64,000 bases of DNA from Candidatus Hydrothermarchaeum profundi (GCA_002011125.2 MTMF02000009.1:1608989-1672988); one strand, 5' to 3'. Shown: positions 10,169 to 20,605, numbered from the stretch's first letter. Translations and numbers: made by a program. Notes: a model not told the origin generated them from the sequence alone.

Positions 10169-10807
10169 TTAAAGAGTCTTAATTAGCTCCTCTACTTCTT
10201 TTTCAGATAGTTTTTCAAAACCTTTCTTTGTAATTTTAACCACGTCAATCCCATTACCTGTCATTACATCCCTTTCCGTAGCAACTTTTATGGCTCTAAC
10301 TGCCAGCTTAATTCCTTCATCGACAGAGAGATCCTCTTTAAAGCTATCTTCTAGCAATCCCAGAGCCATCGGCGATCCAGAACCAGTAGCGAACATCTTG
10401 TCTTTAATAGCGCTTCCCAGGGGGTCAATCGAATAAAGACTAGCGCCTTCCTTATCATAACCGCCTAATATGAGTTGTACAATCATAGGGAAATACCTAT
10501 TTGAAAAAAGTATATTTCCTAGGAGCGTAGCTGCGGCTTTTACACTCATTTCCTCTCCCTTCCTCATTCTGAAAAGTTTAGCCTCAGCTTGCATCCATCT
10601 AATTAGAGCTTGGGCGTCAGCTACAGATCCAGCAACTGTTGCGCCTATATGCTTGTCTACCATGAAGCTCTTATGAACTATCTTATGGGCTACTAGTGTC
10701 CCCATTGTTGCCCTCTTATCCGAAGCAAACACAACTCCGTCTTTGCAAACGAGTCCTACTGTTGTTGTTCCTTTCATGTATTCTTTTACTTTTTCAAGAG
10801 TTTCCAT
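10169..10807 (-). CDS. psmB: Proteasome beta subunit
   Basis: Propeptide followed by G|TTTVG, DKRATMG and ATGSGS. Confidence 0.97.
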   Translation of the reverse strand: METLEKVKEYMKGTTTVGLVCKDGVVFASDKRATMGTLVAHKIVHKSFMVDKHIGATVAGSVADAQALIRWMQAEAKLFRMRKGEEMSVKAAATLLGNILFSNRYFPMIVQLILGGYDKEGASLYSIDPLGSAIKDKMFATGSGSPMALGLLEDSFKEDLSVDEGIKLAVRAIKVATERDVMTGNGIDVVKITKKGFEKLSEKEVEELIKTL

Positions 10808-10891
10808 TTCCTAACGCCTCCGAAAAAGAGTAAAATTAGTTGGAAGTCTCTTTCCCTACTCCTATATATAAAGGTTTTGCCATGTAAAAGC

Positions 10892-11677
10892 TTATTTAGA
10901 ACTAAGATACGGAGGGATGACTGCTTTCTTAATTTTATCGCATATAGTGTCAGCGAGGGGCTTTAGATTAATCACATCGTATTGGTTATATCTCACAAGT
11001 AAGTCAAGGGAATCTCTATCCCTATATTTCTCCCATCTTTTCCATAAACGGACTGCCTCATATCCGTCTATTGTACATATATCCTCTTCTCTAGAAATTC
11101 CAAGATCTCTCTCTATCTTTTTTAATCCGCCCTTTAAACCTACTCTCCTACCTGCGAAACATAGATCAAGATGCGGTATACCGAATTTAATAGAAGGAAA
11201 AGATCTGGATATAAAGGGGAGGTCAAAGGCAGAGCCATAAAAGGTTATAACCATAAGATACTTTGAAAGTTCTCTTTTCAAATTTTCTTCTGTTAAATTA
11301 ATCCCGTTAACAAAGGTCTTGGTATTCTTTCCATTATAGATACTGAGGACAGTTATTTTATGGTCTTTTCCTAAACCTGTAGTTTCTATATCAAGAAAAC
11401 AAGCCTTTCGTCCTAATTCATCGTATAACCTCCAATGCTCACTGCGAGGAAGCCTATAGCAAAAATAGTGGGGAATCTCTTTTTCTAAATGAAATAACGC
11501 CAATTCCAGCTCCTTATCATGTTTCTTTTTAACATCAACAGAAAGCCCATCTATCCTGTTCTGTGAAATAAAGTCGTCCCAAGTAAAGATTCCCTGACCC
11601 CATATCTTCCTTTCTTTTAAATATCCAACATTATCTAGAAGGATAAAACTATTTTTAATCATTCTATTTCTACTCAA
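10892..11677 (-). CDS. RNase H-like (YprB/DnaQ-type) exonuclease-domain protein
   Basis: Motifs FLDIETTG, TFYGSAFDLP, GGLKKIE and YNQYDV. Confidence 0.85.
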   Translation of the reverse strand: MSRNRMIKNSFILLDNVGYLKERKIWGQGIFTWDDFISQNRIDGLSVDVKKKHDKELELALFHLEKEIPHYFCYRLPRSEHWRLYDELGRKACFLDIETTGLGKDHKITVLSIYNGKNTKTFVNGINLTEENLKRELSKYLMVITFYGSAFDLPFISRSFPSIKFGIPHLDLCFAGRRVGLKGGLKKIERDLGISREEDICTIDGYEAVRLWKRWEKYRDRDSLDLLVRYNQYDVINLKPLADTICDKIKKAVIPPYLSSK

Positions 11678-11864
11678 TGGTTTTTTCTAATTACCTTAGA
11701 GATAGGGAATAAGAAGTTGGTATTTATAGTTAGACAATAATTCGACTTACTCATACATAACTAGGAAGAAGCCTTTCACATTTTTATTTTAAGTGGTAGA
11801 GCTCCGAAAAAGTGGAAAATATTTATAGGGCCTTAAATTCAAATAAAGTAGGAGGGTGGTCATT

Positions 11865-12320
11865 ATGCCATGGTGGGATCCATACGATGAAATAAAGGAG
11901 TTAGAGAGGAGGATGAATAGAATTTTTCGGGAATTTTGGAGTAAAGGTCCTAAAATGCTAGCTCCTAGCGGAGCTATTGAACCATACATGGAAGGTGTAG
12001 CTGAACCTCTCACCGATATACGGGAAACGGATAAAGAAGTAATAATAAAAGCCGATATCCCAGGAGTGGATAAAGCAGATATCAATATAAATGCTACCGA
12101 GGACAGTATAGAGATAAGCGCCGAGGCACAGAAGGAGATCGAGGAAGAAAAAGAAGGATACCATAGGAAAGAAAGGCGGTATAAAAAATTCTATAGGAGT
12201 TTCTCTCTTCCAGCCCCTGTAAATCCAGAAAAAGCTAAAGCTAAGTATAAGAACGGCGTACTCGAGATAAGACTTCCAAAAATTGAAACGAAAAAAGGCA
12301 AGAAAATACAGATCGAATGA
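11865..12320 (+). CDS. Small heat shock protein (Hsp20)
   Basis: Motifs ADIPGV and AKYKNGVLEIRLPK, with a C-terminal IQIE (IxI). Confidence 0.95.
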   Translation: MPWWDPYDEIKELERRMNRIFREFWSKGPKMLAPSGAIEPYMEGVAEPLTDIRETDKEVIIKADIPGVDKADININATEDSIEISAEAQKEIEEEKEGYHRKERRYKKFYRSFSLPAPVNPEKAKAKYKNGVLEIRLPKIETKKGKKIQIE

Positions 12321-12383
12321 GCTTAATAAAAGCTTTTCACCATCTACGAATGCTTTAAATACACTTTACAGCAATCTGCATTC

Positions 12384-13481
12384 ATGCCCTATAAGATTAA
12401 TCCTAGCGTAAAGGAAATTCCCAGGTATATACCCGGTAAAAGTAAAGAAGAGATAGCCGAAGAATATGGGCTCAAAATCGAAGATATAATAAAGCTAGCT
12501 TCTAATGAGAATCCACTAGGCCCCCCTCCTCTAGCCATTAAAGCTTTAACAGAAAGCATTTGGGAAGTAGCTACTTACCCTGAAGAGGATGCTGGAGAGC
12601 TAAGATCAGAGATAGCAAGATACCTAGGACTTAAAAAGGAGAATATAATAGCAGGCAATGGCTCAGATGAAATCTTAGACTTGGTAACTAAAATCTTTTT
12701 AGAAAAAGGAGATCAAGCTATTATCCCAGTCCCTACTTTCTCTATGTACGCTAGTCTTGTGAAGATATATTCGGGACAGCCCATTTTCGTTCAATTAGAT
12801 AAGAACTTTAACTTCAATACTGAGAAAATAGTAGAAAGCATCTCTGAAAAGACAAAGCTGATTTTTATATGCTCACCGAATAACCCGACTGGCACTAAGA
12901 TACCAGATGAGGGATTACTCAGGATTTTAGAGGAGGATGTGATCGTTATACTTGACGAGGCATATGTAGAGTTTTCTGACATCTCGAATATTGATAAGAT
13001 AAAGGAATATGAAAACCTTATAGTATGCAGGACATTCTCGAAGGCTTTTGGATTAGCAGGATTAAGGGTGGGATATGGAGTAGCTCCTAAGCAGATTATA
13101 GATTTGATGCTGAGGATTAAGACTCCTTTTAGTGTCAATCTTTTAGCTCAGAAGGCAGCGATAGCCTCACTAAAGGATAAAAAACATCTCGAAAATACAA
13201 TTAGGTTAATAAAGGAACAGAGAAAGTTCCTAATATCTAACCTATCCAAAATTCCAAAAATAAAAGTTTATCCCTCATATGGAAACTTTGTTTTAGTGGA
13301 CGTTAAAGAAACAGGTAAAAACTCTAAAAAGGTAGCCGATGCATTACTTAAGAGAGGGATTATTATAAGGGACTGTTCTTCTTTCTACGGCATGGATGAC
13401 CACCATATTAGGGTGAGCATAGGAAAGCCAGAGGAGAATAAGAAGTTCTTAGAGGCCTTGAAGGAGGTTATAAGCACATAA
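12384..13481 (+). CDS. hisC: Histidinol-phosphate aminotransferase
   Basis: Motifs KLASNENP, GNGSDE, PNNPTG, DEAY and RTFSKAFGLAGLRVGY. Confidence 0.93.
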   Translation: MPYKINPSVKEIPRYIPGKSKEEIAEEYGLKIEDIIKLASNENPLGPPPLAIKALTESIWEVATYPEEDAGELRSEIARYLGLKKENIIAGNGSDEILDLVTKIFLEKGDQAIIPVPTFSMYASLVKIYSGQPIFVQLDKNFNFNTEKIVESISEKTKLIFICSPNNPTGTKIPDEGLLRILEEDVIVILDEAYVEFSDISNIDKIKEYENLIVCRTFSKAFGLAGLRVGYGVAPKQIIDLMLRIKTPFSVNLLAQKAAIASLKDKKHLENTIRLIKEQRKFLISNLSKIPKIKVYPSYGNFVLVDVKETGKNSKKVADALLKRGIIIRDCSSFYGMDDHHIRVSIGKPEENKKFLEALKEVIST

Positions 13482-13496
13482 GATAGTCACAAACTT

Positions 13497-15092
13497 CTAG
13501 GGTTTCCATTCCATATTTTTTTCAACAAAACTCTTATAGTCTTCTATTTCCTCTCTCATACGCTGAGTATCCCATCCCAAAAGCCCTGCCATGTGCTCTG
13601 CAATTCGAGTGGCTATTTGAATATCGCATCCCCTGAAATAAAATCCAAGCCGCCTAACAATGACATCAGAAAGCCTCCGTGCAAACTCCAATTCTACAGC
13701 AAGATTAACTTCCGCCCATATGTATGGGTGCCTTGGAGAAATCCTATCCTTTAACTTTGGGTTTTCTCTTATGAGTTCGCCAATTTTTACAATCTCTTCC
13801 TTATCATATATCTTAAGTAGATGCTTTTTGATATCATCTTCAAGTTCAAGCGGAACTTGCGAGATTTGTTCTTTAAGCTTAATAGACTCTGTGGCACACC
13901 TTTCACTAGTTAAAATATCCACCACATCCTTAGCCATAACTCTATATGTCGTAAGCTTCCCTCCAGTTAAAGTGATCACTCCTTCCGGTTCTTCAATAAT
14001 CCTATGTTCCCTTGAAACCTCTGAAACAGAAGTTTTCTCATCAACTAGGGGTCTTACTCCCGAATAAGTGGCTATAATATCCTTGTACATAATATTGGCG
14101 TTAGGGAAATAACGATTCACTACCTCTATCAAGTAATTCACCTCTTCTAAACTGACTACCGCATTGTCAGGCGAGGATTGATGTTCTATTTCCGTAGTAC
14201 CCACTATTACGAGGTCATCCCAAGGTATAGCAAAAGTGAGTCTGCCATCAATAGCTTCCATAACTATAGCATTCCTTATCTGAATTTTCTCTCGGGATAA
14301 AACAATATGGGAACCCTTACTAGGCTTAAGCATTTTACTCTGTATACCCATCTTTGCTCTTATTATATCAGCCCAAGGGCCAGCAGTAATCACGATCTTT
14401 TTAGAAAAAATCTTAGATTCGCTTCCATCGATTCTGTCAACAATTGTAGCTCCAACGATTTTATTCCCCTCCTTTATGAACTCTTTAACGTATGCGTAAT
14501 TTAAACATCTCGCACCATTTTCTCGGGCTTTCTTTAATACATTCAACGTCAACTTAAAATCCAGCCCAAATGCGTCCCAATAAACTGCGCCTCCGCTTAA
14601 GCCATTAGGATTCAGACCGGGTTCTATTTTGAGAATTTCCTGCTTGCTCAGGATCTTATGTGGTTTAATTTTACGTTTACCTGCAAGTAAGTCGTATGCA
14701 AGCACAGATAAGCGGAGGGCTAGAGGGGCTTTTAATAGCTCCATAATTGTATACCCCTCCGGATCAACGACCCATTTGAATAGCCTACCGATATGTTTAA
14801 GCTGCTTATTATAAACAGGAACCAAAAACGGGAGCGGCTCTACTATCCCGGGAGCTAAATTCAGGAGAAGTCCTCTTTCATGCAGTGCCTCAAAAACTAG
14901 CTTAAAGTCCCTATTTTTGAGATATCTAAATCCACCATGTATAAGTTTGGATGACGCACTGCTCGTTCCACTCGCAAAATCGTCTTTTTCAACAAGTATT
15001 ACCTTTAAACCTCTGGAAGCGGCATCTAAAGCTACCCCCGCTCCACTTATCCCCCCTCCGATTACCAGTAAATCTGTATTTTCTTCAATCAA
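13497..15092 (-). CDS. glpD: FAD-dependent glycerol-3-phosphate dehydrogenase/oxidase
   Basis: Motifs IGGGISG, DFASGTSSASSKLIHGGFRYL, GVRPL and GGKLTTYR. Confidence 0.9.
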   Translation of the reverse strand: MIEENTDLLVIGGGISGAGVALDAASRGLKVILVEKDDFASGTSSASSKLIHGGFRYLKNRDFKLVFEALHERGLLLNLAPGIVEPLPFLVPVYNKQLKHIGRLFKWVVDPEGYTIMELLKAPLALRLSVLAYDLLAGKRKIKPHKILSKQEILKIEPGLNPNGLSGGAVYWDAFGLDFKLTLNVLKKARENGARCLNYAYVKEFIKEGNKIVGATIVDRIDGSESKIFSKKIVITAGPWADIIRAKMGIQSKMLKPSKGSHIVLSREKIQIRNAIVMEAIDGRLTFAIPWDDLVIVGTTEIEHQSSPDNAVVSLEEVNYLIEVVNRYFPNANIMYKDIIATYSGVRPLVDEKTSVSEVSREHRIIEEPEGVITLTGGKLTTYRVMAKDVVDILTSERCATESIKLKEQISQVPLELEDDIKKHLLKIYDKEEIVKIGELIRENPKLKDRISPRHPYIWAEVNLAVELEFARRLSDVIVRRLGFYFRGCDIQIATRIAEHMAGLLGWDTQRMREEIEDYKSFVEKNMEWKP

Positions 15093-15209
15093 TTTTCACA
15101 CTTCCCTCACTGCTTACGGACTCTTTTCGGAAACCTTTATAAGACGGTATAAAATCCCAACATAAATTGCTGAACAATATTTAGAATTACTCTTACTAAG
15201 GGATGATAA

Positions 15210-15983
15210 ATGAAAGAATATAAAGGTTACATTTTTGATATGGACGGCGTGATCTACACGGGGAAAAAGCTTATTCCTGGAGCGATCGAGGCGTTAGAAT
15301 TTCTTAAAAACAGAGAGAAAAAAATTGTATTTGTAAGTAATAATTCAACCCGATCCCGCGAGGATTACGCTGAAAGAATTGCTGATATGGGACTCCCTAT
15401 TAAATTAGAGGAAATCATCCCGGCTACATATGCTACAGCCCAATATCTGGCTGAAAATCATTCTGAGAAGAGAATCTTTGTCATTGGGTCACTTGGACTA
15501 ATAAAAGAACTTCTCAAAGTGGATCTTAGAATCGAAGAAACCGCAGAAAAAGCAGATATTCTAGTGACCGGCTCGGATTTAAATATTAGCTATCAAAAAC
15601 TAAGCTATGGTACCTCTCTTTTACTAAGAGATGCGCTTTGGGTTACCACAAATACCGATAAACTTTATCCATCCGAATCAGGCATGATCCCGGGAACTGG
15701 CGCTGTGGTAGGTGCCCTACAATATGTAACTGGGAGAACTCCTGATGTAATAATAGGTAAGCCCTCAAAGCCTATTATGGAACAGGCTTTAAAGGCATTG
15801 GGGTTAGATAAGAATGACTGCCTTATGGTAGGGGACATAATCGAAAGTGATGTACTAGCCGGTAGAAATATTGGGATGGATACTGCACTAGTCTTAACGG
15901 GAGTAACAAGCTTAAAAGACGTAGAAAAAACAAATACAAAACCTGACTATATTTTAGAGAGTATAAAGGATCTGGTGAGTTAA
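15210..15983 (+). CDS. HAD-IIA hydrolase (NagD family)
   Basis: Motifs FDMDGV, SNNS, GKP and MVGD...SD. Confidence 0.92.
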   Translation: MKEYKGYIFDMDGVIYTGKKLIPGAIEALEFLKNREKKIVFVSNNSTRSREDYAERIADMGLPIKLEEIIPATYATAQYLAENHSEKRIFVIGSLGLIKELLKVDLRIEETAEKADILVTGSDLNISYQKLSYGTSLLLRDALWVTTNTDKLYPSESGMIPGTGAVVGALQYVTGRTPDVIIGKPSKPIMEQALKALGLDKNDCLMVGDIIESDVLAGRNIGMDTALVLTGVTSLKDVEKTNTKPDYILESIKDLVS

Positions 15984-15985
15984 AA

Positions 15986-17215
15986 ATGTTAGAGGAATTT
16001 TTAGAAGATCGGTTTTCAAGAACCTTAGAAACGGCTAAAAAGATAGTCTCATCAAATAAATACGATAATGTAAAAATAGTGCACCATAATGATGCTGACG
16101 GGCTCTGTGCTGCGGCTATTTTGTATAAAACCTTCTCCCATATTAACATAGAGCCCAAGATGTTCTGTATTGAAAGATTCCACCCAGCGGTTACTAAAAA
16201 AGTTCATGCGGAAGGAAATTCGCTGATTATCTACACCGACTTAGGAGCCATGGTCGGAGATATAATCAAAGAAACAGACAATGAAAGGAATTTAGTGCTT
16301 ATTTTAGACCATCACCCAGCTAGGGAAGTCCAAGGAAAGAAAATAATGGCGATAAACCCTGAACTCGCTGGTATAAGTGGCGACATGTTTATTTCAGCGT
16401 CAACGATCTGCTATTTATTTAGCCGATATTATTTGGATACAGAAATAGAGGGTACTGCCTCTCTTTCTGTAATAGGCTCTGTAGGAGACTACCATGATAG
16501 ATCGGGTGGAGTTCTCGGCTATGACCGTTATATCTTAGAGTTAGCAGCAAGGAATAATGAGGCTAAAATAAAGATTATGGGAGGGAAAGAAAAATACTTC
16601 ATGACTAAATTCAATGAATATGCTGATGTTATCGCAGACTGCCTCACAACCCTTGGATCAGTAGGATATTATAATGGGGATTTTAAACTGGGACTTGACA
16701 CAGCTTTGAATGGAGTAACGGACAAAGTAATAAATCGCGTGGAAGAACTTAAAAAGCTTAGGAGAAAAAAGTTCGAGAAAACCATAAAAAAACTCAAGGA
16801 TAACGGATTGAGAAAAGAAAGATATGTACAGTGGTTTCATGTAGGTAGAAGTTTTATGCCTATGGGGGTTAAGGTTATCGGGCTTTTCTGTCATACGATC
16901 AAAGACATGAGCTTTATCGATGAAGATAAGTTTGTAGCCGGCTTCCAAGAATTTGTTCCCGAACTTCCCGGAATAGGCAGAATAGATTGGGAAGGCGCAA
17001 AAGTGAGCTTTAGAGCACCCGCGCCCTTAGAGAGGAAAGTACTCTCTGGAAAAGTTCCCGGGTTAGATGTTACCCTTCCTATAGCGACAGACCGAGTCGG
17101 CGGCATCGCAGATGCCAGCCATAGGATTGCCGCAGCTTCTCTGGTAAAAAAGAACACAGAAGAAAAACTTATACAAGAATGGGAAGCCGTTACGGATGAA
17201 TTAAGCCAAAATTAA
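15986..17215 (+). CDS. DHH-family phosphoesterase (RecJ-like)
   Basis: Motifs HHNDADG, TDLG, LDHH and GSVGD. Confidence 0.8.
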   Translation: MLEEFLEDRFSRTLETAKKIVSSNKYDNVKIVHHNDADGLCAAAILYKTFSHINIEPKMFCIERFHPAVTKKVHAEGNSLIIYTDLGAMVGDIIKETDNERNLVLILDHHPAREVQGKKIMAINPELAGISGDMFISASTICYLFSRYYLDTEIEGTASLSVIGSVGDYHDRSGGVLGYDRYILELAARNNEAKIKIMGGKEKYFMTKFNEYADVIADCLTTLGSVGYYNGDFKLGLDTALNGVTDKVINRVEELKKLRRKKFEKTIKKLKDNGLRKERYVQWFHVGRSFMPMGVKVIGLFCHTIKDMSFIDEDKFVAGFQEFVPELPGIGRIDWEGAKVSFRAPAPLERKVLSGKVPGLDVTLPIATDRVGGIADASHRIAAASLVKKNTEEKLIQEWEAVTDELSQN

Positions 17216-17432
17216 GTTGTTCCTATTTACCTTCCGCTAGTTTTTTATCCTCCTCTCGCTGGCTCATACTTCCTTAAAGTCTGGCTGTTTATCGCTCCAC
17301 CTATAACCTTCTCTCCCGGCTTCTTACGAGTACAACATCCCCTGATCTGAGTGCGGATACAGAAACGTATTTAAAAGAGCTGAGAAGAGCTACGGGAATC
17401 GAACCTAAGTAAAGAGCAAATGCGGTCGCGTC

Positions 17433-17978
17433 TTAATCGGTGGTGGACGCGCCGACTACCACAATCTCCTGTCGTTCAAATAACAATACGGTCCAAAGCT
17501 GCGCTCCCCACCACTCCTTACCCTGGTCAAAGTAACTGCTCCAGTTCGTGTCCCAGGAATATATCACAAATCTTTCTTTAAAGTCATGAAAAACCTCATG
17601 AAAGATCTGCAGGAACAGTTTATTCTTCTCTTCTTCGGTCATCTCAAGCGGGTATGGCGGCTGTGCGAAGGCTTGCGCATAGCCCTTTACCGGGATCATA
17701 TCAACACGGACTAATGTTTTCTTTTTGTGGTCAAAACCTGGTCCGAGAAACTCATCCAGAGATATCCCTCTCCCTGAAAACGTTTCCTTATACGTCTCAA
17801 ATTCACGCAACGCTTCTCGTACAGCCTCCTTACACAAATCGGCAGGACTTTTATCAAAAACAGAAAATGAAAATAAAAAATGGTCAAGATGCCAGACCTT
17901 TTTAAGCAGTTTCTCGACTCTGGGAGAAAATTCTTTTTTGTTCATTTGATATTTCCTGTTTATCTGGATATTACTCAC
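17433..17978 (-). CDS. Hypothetical protein, probably cargo of a decayed element
   Basis: 181-aa ORF with a Trp-rich C-terminus (WSSYFDQGKEWWG...GASTTD), lying directly downstream of the integrase remnant. Confidence 0.6.
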   Translation of the reverse strand: MSNIQINRKYQMNKKEFSPRVEKLLKKVWHLDHFLFSFSVFDKSPADLCKEAVREALREFETYKETFSGRGISLDEFLGPGFDHKKKTLVRVDMIPVKGYAQAFAQPPYPLEMTEEEKNKLFLQIFHEVFHDFKERFVIYSWDTNWSSYFDQGKEWWGAQLWTVLLFERQEIVVVGASTTD

Positions 17979-18039
17979 ATGTAAGAGCCTTTTTTAATAA
18001 GGTTTACGGTTTAAATCCTACTGCGTGCTGGGCTTTTCT

Positions 18040-18452
18040 AAGTCTGCCGCTATGAGCCACGAGGACGCTGGCTGCCCCTGGCTTTCTTGTCCCCTGAAAA
18101 AGGAATATCCGCGGGGCTCTTTCCTCGTGGGCACTAGCTCCTTGCGCAGGGAGGGCGTGTCATCAGCGCCTCGTATCTTGATTTTCACTTTGGTGTCTTT
18201 TGTGATTATGCAGCAGCTAGGAGCGTACAGCCTTCAACGTGCTCCTAATGTAGCTCCCAGCATGCCCCTGCCTCTCGCTCCAGCTCCCGAAGTCCATGAA
18301 GAGGTTGGAGATTTCTTTGTCGCTGAGGGAGAGTAGCCTCCAAGCCTCCTAAAGTAGACATCGGCGGTAACCCTGGAACCCCTGGCAAGGTTATCATACC
18401 ACCTTTTAACGTCAGGGTCCTCAAGCAGCATGGCGTATCTTCGACGAAGCAT
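18040..18452 (-). pseudogene. Decayed archaeal site-specific (tyrosine) integrase, N-terminal part
   Basis: Frame 1 reads LLEDPDVKRWYDNLARGSRVTADVYFRRLG. After frameshifts the reading continues GHAGSYIRSTLKAVRS*LLHN, KVKIKIRGADDTPSL...VPT and SGDKKA...VLVAHSG. There is an in-frame TAG at 18217-18219. It begins ~50 bp from the 3' end of tRNA-Arg. Confidence 0.7.
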
Positions 18453-18502
18453 AATAGAAAATTATTATAACAAGTATAAAAAGTTTCGAACCAAAAATGG
18501 TA

Positions 18503-18577
18503 CGGGCCCGGCGGGATTCGAACCCGCGGTCTACAGCTTAGGAGGCTGTCGCCCTATCCTGGCTAGGCTACGAGCCC
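18503..18577 (-). tRNA. tRNA-Arg(CCU)
   Basis: Reverse complement reads GGGCTCG...ACAGC-CTCCTAA-GCTGT...GGTTCGAATCC...CGGGCCC-G. Confidence 0.95.
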
Positions 18578-18623
18578 AAAAATACTTATAGTATTTTCAT
18601 ATAAAAGTAACGTGGGGAGGACC

Positions 18624-18776
18624 ATGAGGGTAGTTGATAAATACCTAAAATGGTTGTTTGGGGAAAAGAAATTGGAAAAAGGCCTGAAAATTAGCGAGAT
18701 GGCCTTAGCACCTCTGTTTACACCCTTTGCTCTTGCACAGGATTTAATGTCTAAGAGAAAGAAAGCTAAGAGCTAG
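18624..18776 (+). CDS. Small hypothetical protein (50 aa), not in the ORF track
   Basis: MRVVDKYLKWLFGEKK...RKKAKS. It has an RBS GGGGAGG 3 nt upstream and its stop overlaps the convergent gene's stop (CTAG). Confidence 0.55.
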   Translation: MRVVDKYLKWLFGEKKLEKGLKISEMALAPLFTPFALAQDLMSKRKKAKS

Positions 18777-19825
18777 AGAGGTATAGCCTCTGTTTGAAGC
18801 CTGTCGTAGGTAGGATATTCTTCCACAAGATAATAGCGCAGGTTTTTCCTCCTGTGCACCTCGGAGAGACCACCGACTATTTCCATTGAGGTTTCAATCC
18901 TCATTTTCTCTTTATCTACAGCTATGAGGGACTCTGGGATATCATATTTCTTAATAAGCTCTTTCCTGAGTCGGATAAGCTTACTTATATTTGGGTTATC
19001 AATTTCTATGACTCCTTTCAATAAGAGACCATCGCTACTCACTTCCTCGTAGTCTTTTGCAATATTCTTAGCTGTTCTGATCAACCTCTTCCTTAATTGT
19101 ACCGAGTCCTTGTATCTCGAAGAACAGAAATGTATATTCATATCCTTTGTCTCAAGTATTTGCAACGCAGTCTCTTCACTTTCCTTAGCCGCATAAGAAG
19201 TGTCGTCTTTCAACTCATAGCCCTTCTCTAAGAGTGCTCTAGCATTATTATCAGAAAACTCAAGCTCGTTAAGAATCAGAAAGTCTCCGCCGAGGATTTT
19301 TAGCTTATCAGCGATTCTAGATATCTTCTCACATTCTCCCGGTATAGCAGGGATCTCTATACCAGTTCTTATTCCTAGCGAGATAGCATTTTTAATGCTC
19401 TTCCATAATTTGCCATTTATATGAAATCTCAACTCATCTAATCCTGCTTTTTTTAAAGACTTCAATTCTTGAAGTGATAGCACGCTAGCTGTATACATGT
19501 GAATATGAAAATCTCCAAAGTTTTCTTTTAGAAGCTCAATATAACCGAGAGTTCTTTTAAGTTTCATAGCGGGATCACCTCCCGTAAGCCCCGCGCCTAA
19601 TGCCTTCATTCTATAAGCTTCGTCCAGAATGTCCTGGATCCTTCTTACAGGAACCTCATTTGCCCATACTAGGTCCTTTCCCATTCGCTTTTCTGATAAT
19701 GGGCAGTAATAACAATCTTTGTCGCAGAGCCCTGTGACAAATAAAACTAACTTGGCTCCCTTCATGCAGAGCTTGCATCCATCAGGTAGTTCACCACTAT
19801 ACCTATTAGAGTAGATCTTTTTCAT
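18773..19825 (-). CDS. Radical SAM protein (conserved archaeal, PFL-activase-related)
   Basis: Motifs CDKDCYYC and LTGGDP, plus an N-terminal GCKLC. Confidence 0.9.
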   Translation of the reverse strand: MKKIYSNRYSGELPDGCKLCMKGAKLVLFVTGLCDKDCYYCPLSEKRMGKDLVWANEVPVRRIQDILDEAYRMKALGAGLTGGDPAMKLKRTLGYIELLKENFGDFHIHMYTASVLSLQELKSLKKAGLDELRFHINGKLWKSIKNAISLGIRTGIEIPAIPGECEKISRIADKLKILGGDFLILNELEFSDNNARALLEKGYELKDDTSYAAKESEETALQILETKDMNIHFCSSRYKDSVQLRKRLIRTAKNIAKDYEEVSSDGLLLKGVIEIDNPNISKLIRLRKELIKKYDIPESLIAVDKEKMRIETSMEIVGGLSEVHRRKNLRYYLVEEYPTYDRLQTEAIPL

Positions 19826-19898
19826 GCTGAATACAATTAATACTTCTAACGATTAATAGGAATTTAAATGCTTTAATTTCAAAAAATAAAGTAGCTCT

Positions 19899-20330
19899 CT
19901 ATTCCTGGAGGATTTTCATGGGATCAAAATGTACATGCTCTGCTTCACAAACCTCTTTTACCTCTAGACCCATTTCATTGAAAGTTTCTAAAATCTTAGG
20001 AGTATCCCGGTCTGCATCGTTTGTAATTGCATCCATGATTATTGTGTTACTTAGTAAACCAGATCTAAGTTCCAGTACAAATGGCATCTCCTTCAGCTTA
20101 TCAATAATCTCTGCTTTATTAACTAATGGCGCTGAAAGTATGAAAGTGAGCCTACGGACTCCGAAATGTTTTGTATCAGGCACGCAATAAATTTTGAGTA
20201 TACCCTTATTCAACATGCCTAATATTTTCTGTCTAACGGTTTCCGGGGATATATTAAGATCTTTAGCAAGCTCAACATATGATGCCCGGGGATTCATTAT
20301 TAACCGTCTTATAATCTCTTTTTCTTTCAT
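19899..20330 (-). CDS. Lrp/AsnC-like transcriptional regulator
   Basis: N-terminal HTH NPRASYVELAKDLNISPETVRQKI. Confidence 0.8.
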   Translation of the reverse strand: MKEKEIIRRLIMNPRASYVELAKDLNISPETVRQKILGMLNKGILKIYCVPDTKHFGVRRLTFILSAPLVNKAEIIDKLKEMPFVLELRSGLLSNTIIMDAITNDADRDTPKILETFNEMGLEVKEVCEAEHVHFDPMKILQE

Positions 20331-20403
20331 TCAATCTTCATAATCTGATTTCTACTATATTAATTTTGTTTTCATTAAAAATATCTGAGAAAAATAATGA
20401 AAA

Positions 20404-20421
20404 AAATTGCAATTGCAATTT
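20404..20421. promoter_or_regulatory. Perfect 18-bp palindrome, candidate operator
   Basis: AAATTGCAATTGCAATTT in the divergent intergenic region upstream of the Lrp/AsnC gene. Confidence 0.4.
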
Positions 20422-20488
20422 CCAGTGGAAATATACCCATAAATTTATATATTTTCCTAAGGAATACTAAAGAACACAGGTGGGGAAA

Positions 20489-20605
20489 ATGGGCGAACAT
20501 TTTGAAAAAAGGCGGAGGGCGCTTATAGAGAAGTTTGTCAAAGAAAGAGGCTGGTTCGTTCCATCCCTCCATGAAAAATACATAGCCAAAATGGAACAGA
20601 AATAA
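20489..20605 (+). CDS. Small ORF (38 aa) or truncated gene remnant
   Basis: MGEHFEKRRRALIEKFVKERGWFVPSLHEKYIAKMEQK, preceded by a GGTGGGG RBS. Confidence 0.4.
   Translation: MGEHFEKRRRALIEKFVKERGWFVPSLHEKYIAKMEQK

Noticed and set aside
17393-17405. CGGGAATCGAACC resembling the tRNA-Arg T-arm (possible att site)
   Set aside because: The match is only 12 of 13 nt and does not extend into the acceptor stem, so it is too weak to call.
18025-18336. 103-aa plus-strand ORF
   Set aside because: It is antisense to the integrase pseudogene and has no recognisable motifs.
20375-20572. 65-aa minus-strand ORF upstream of the Lrp gene
   Set aside because: It runs through the AT-rich promoter and palindrome region. 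The opposite-strand 38-aa ORF has the better RBS.
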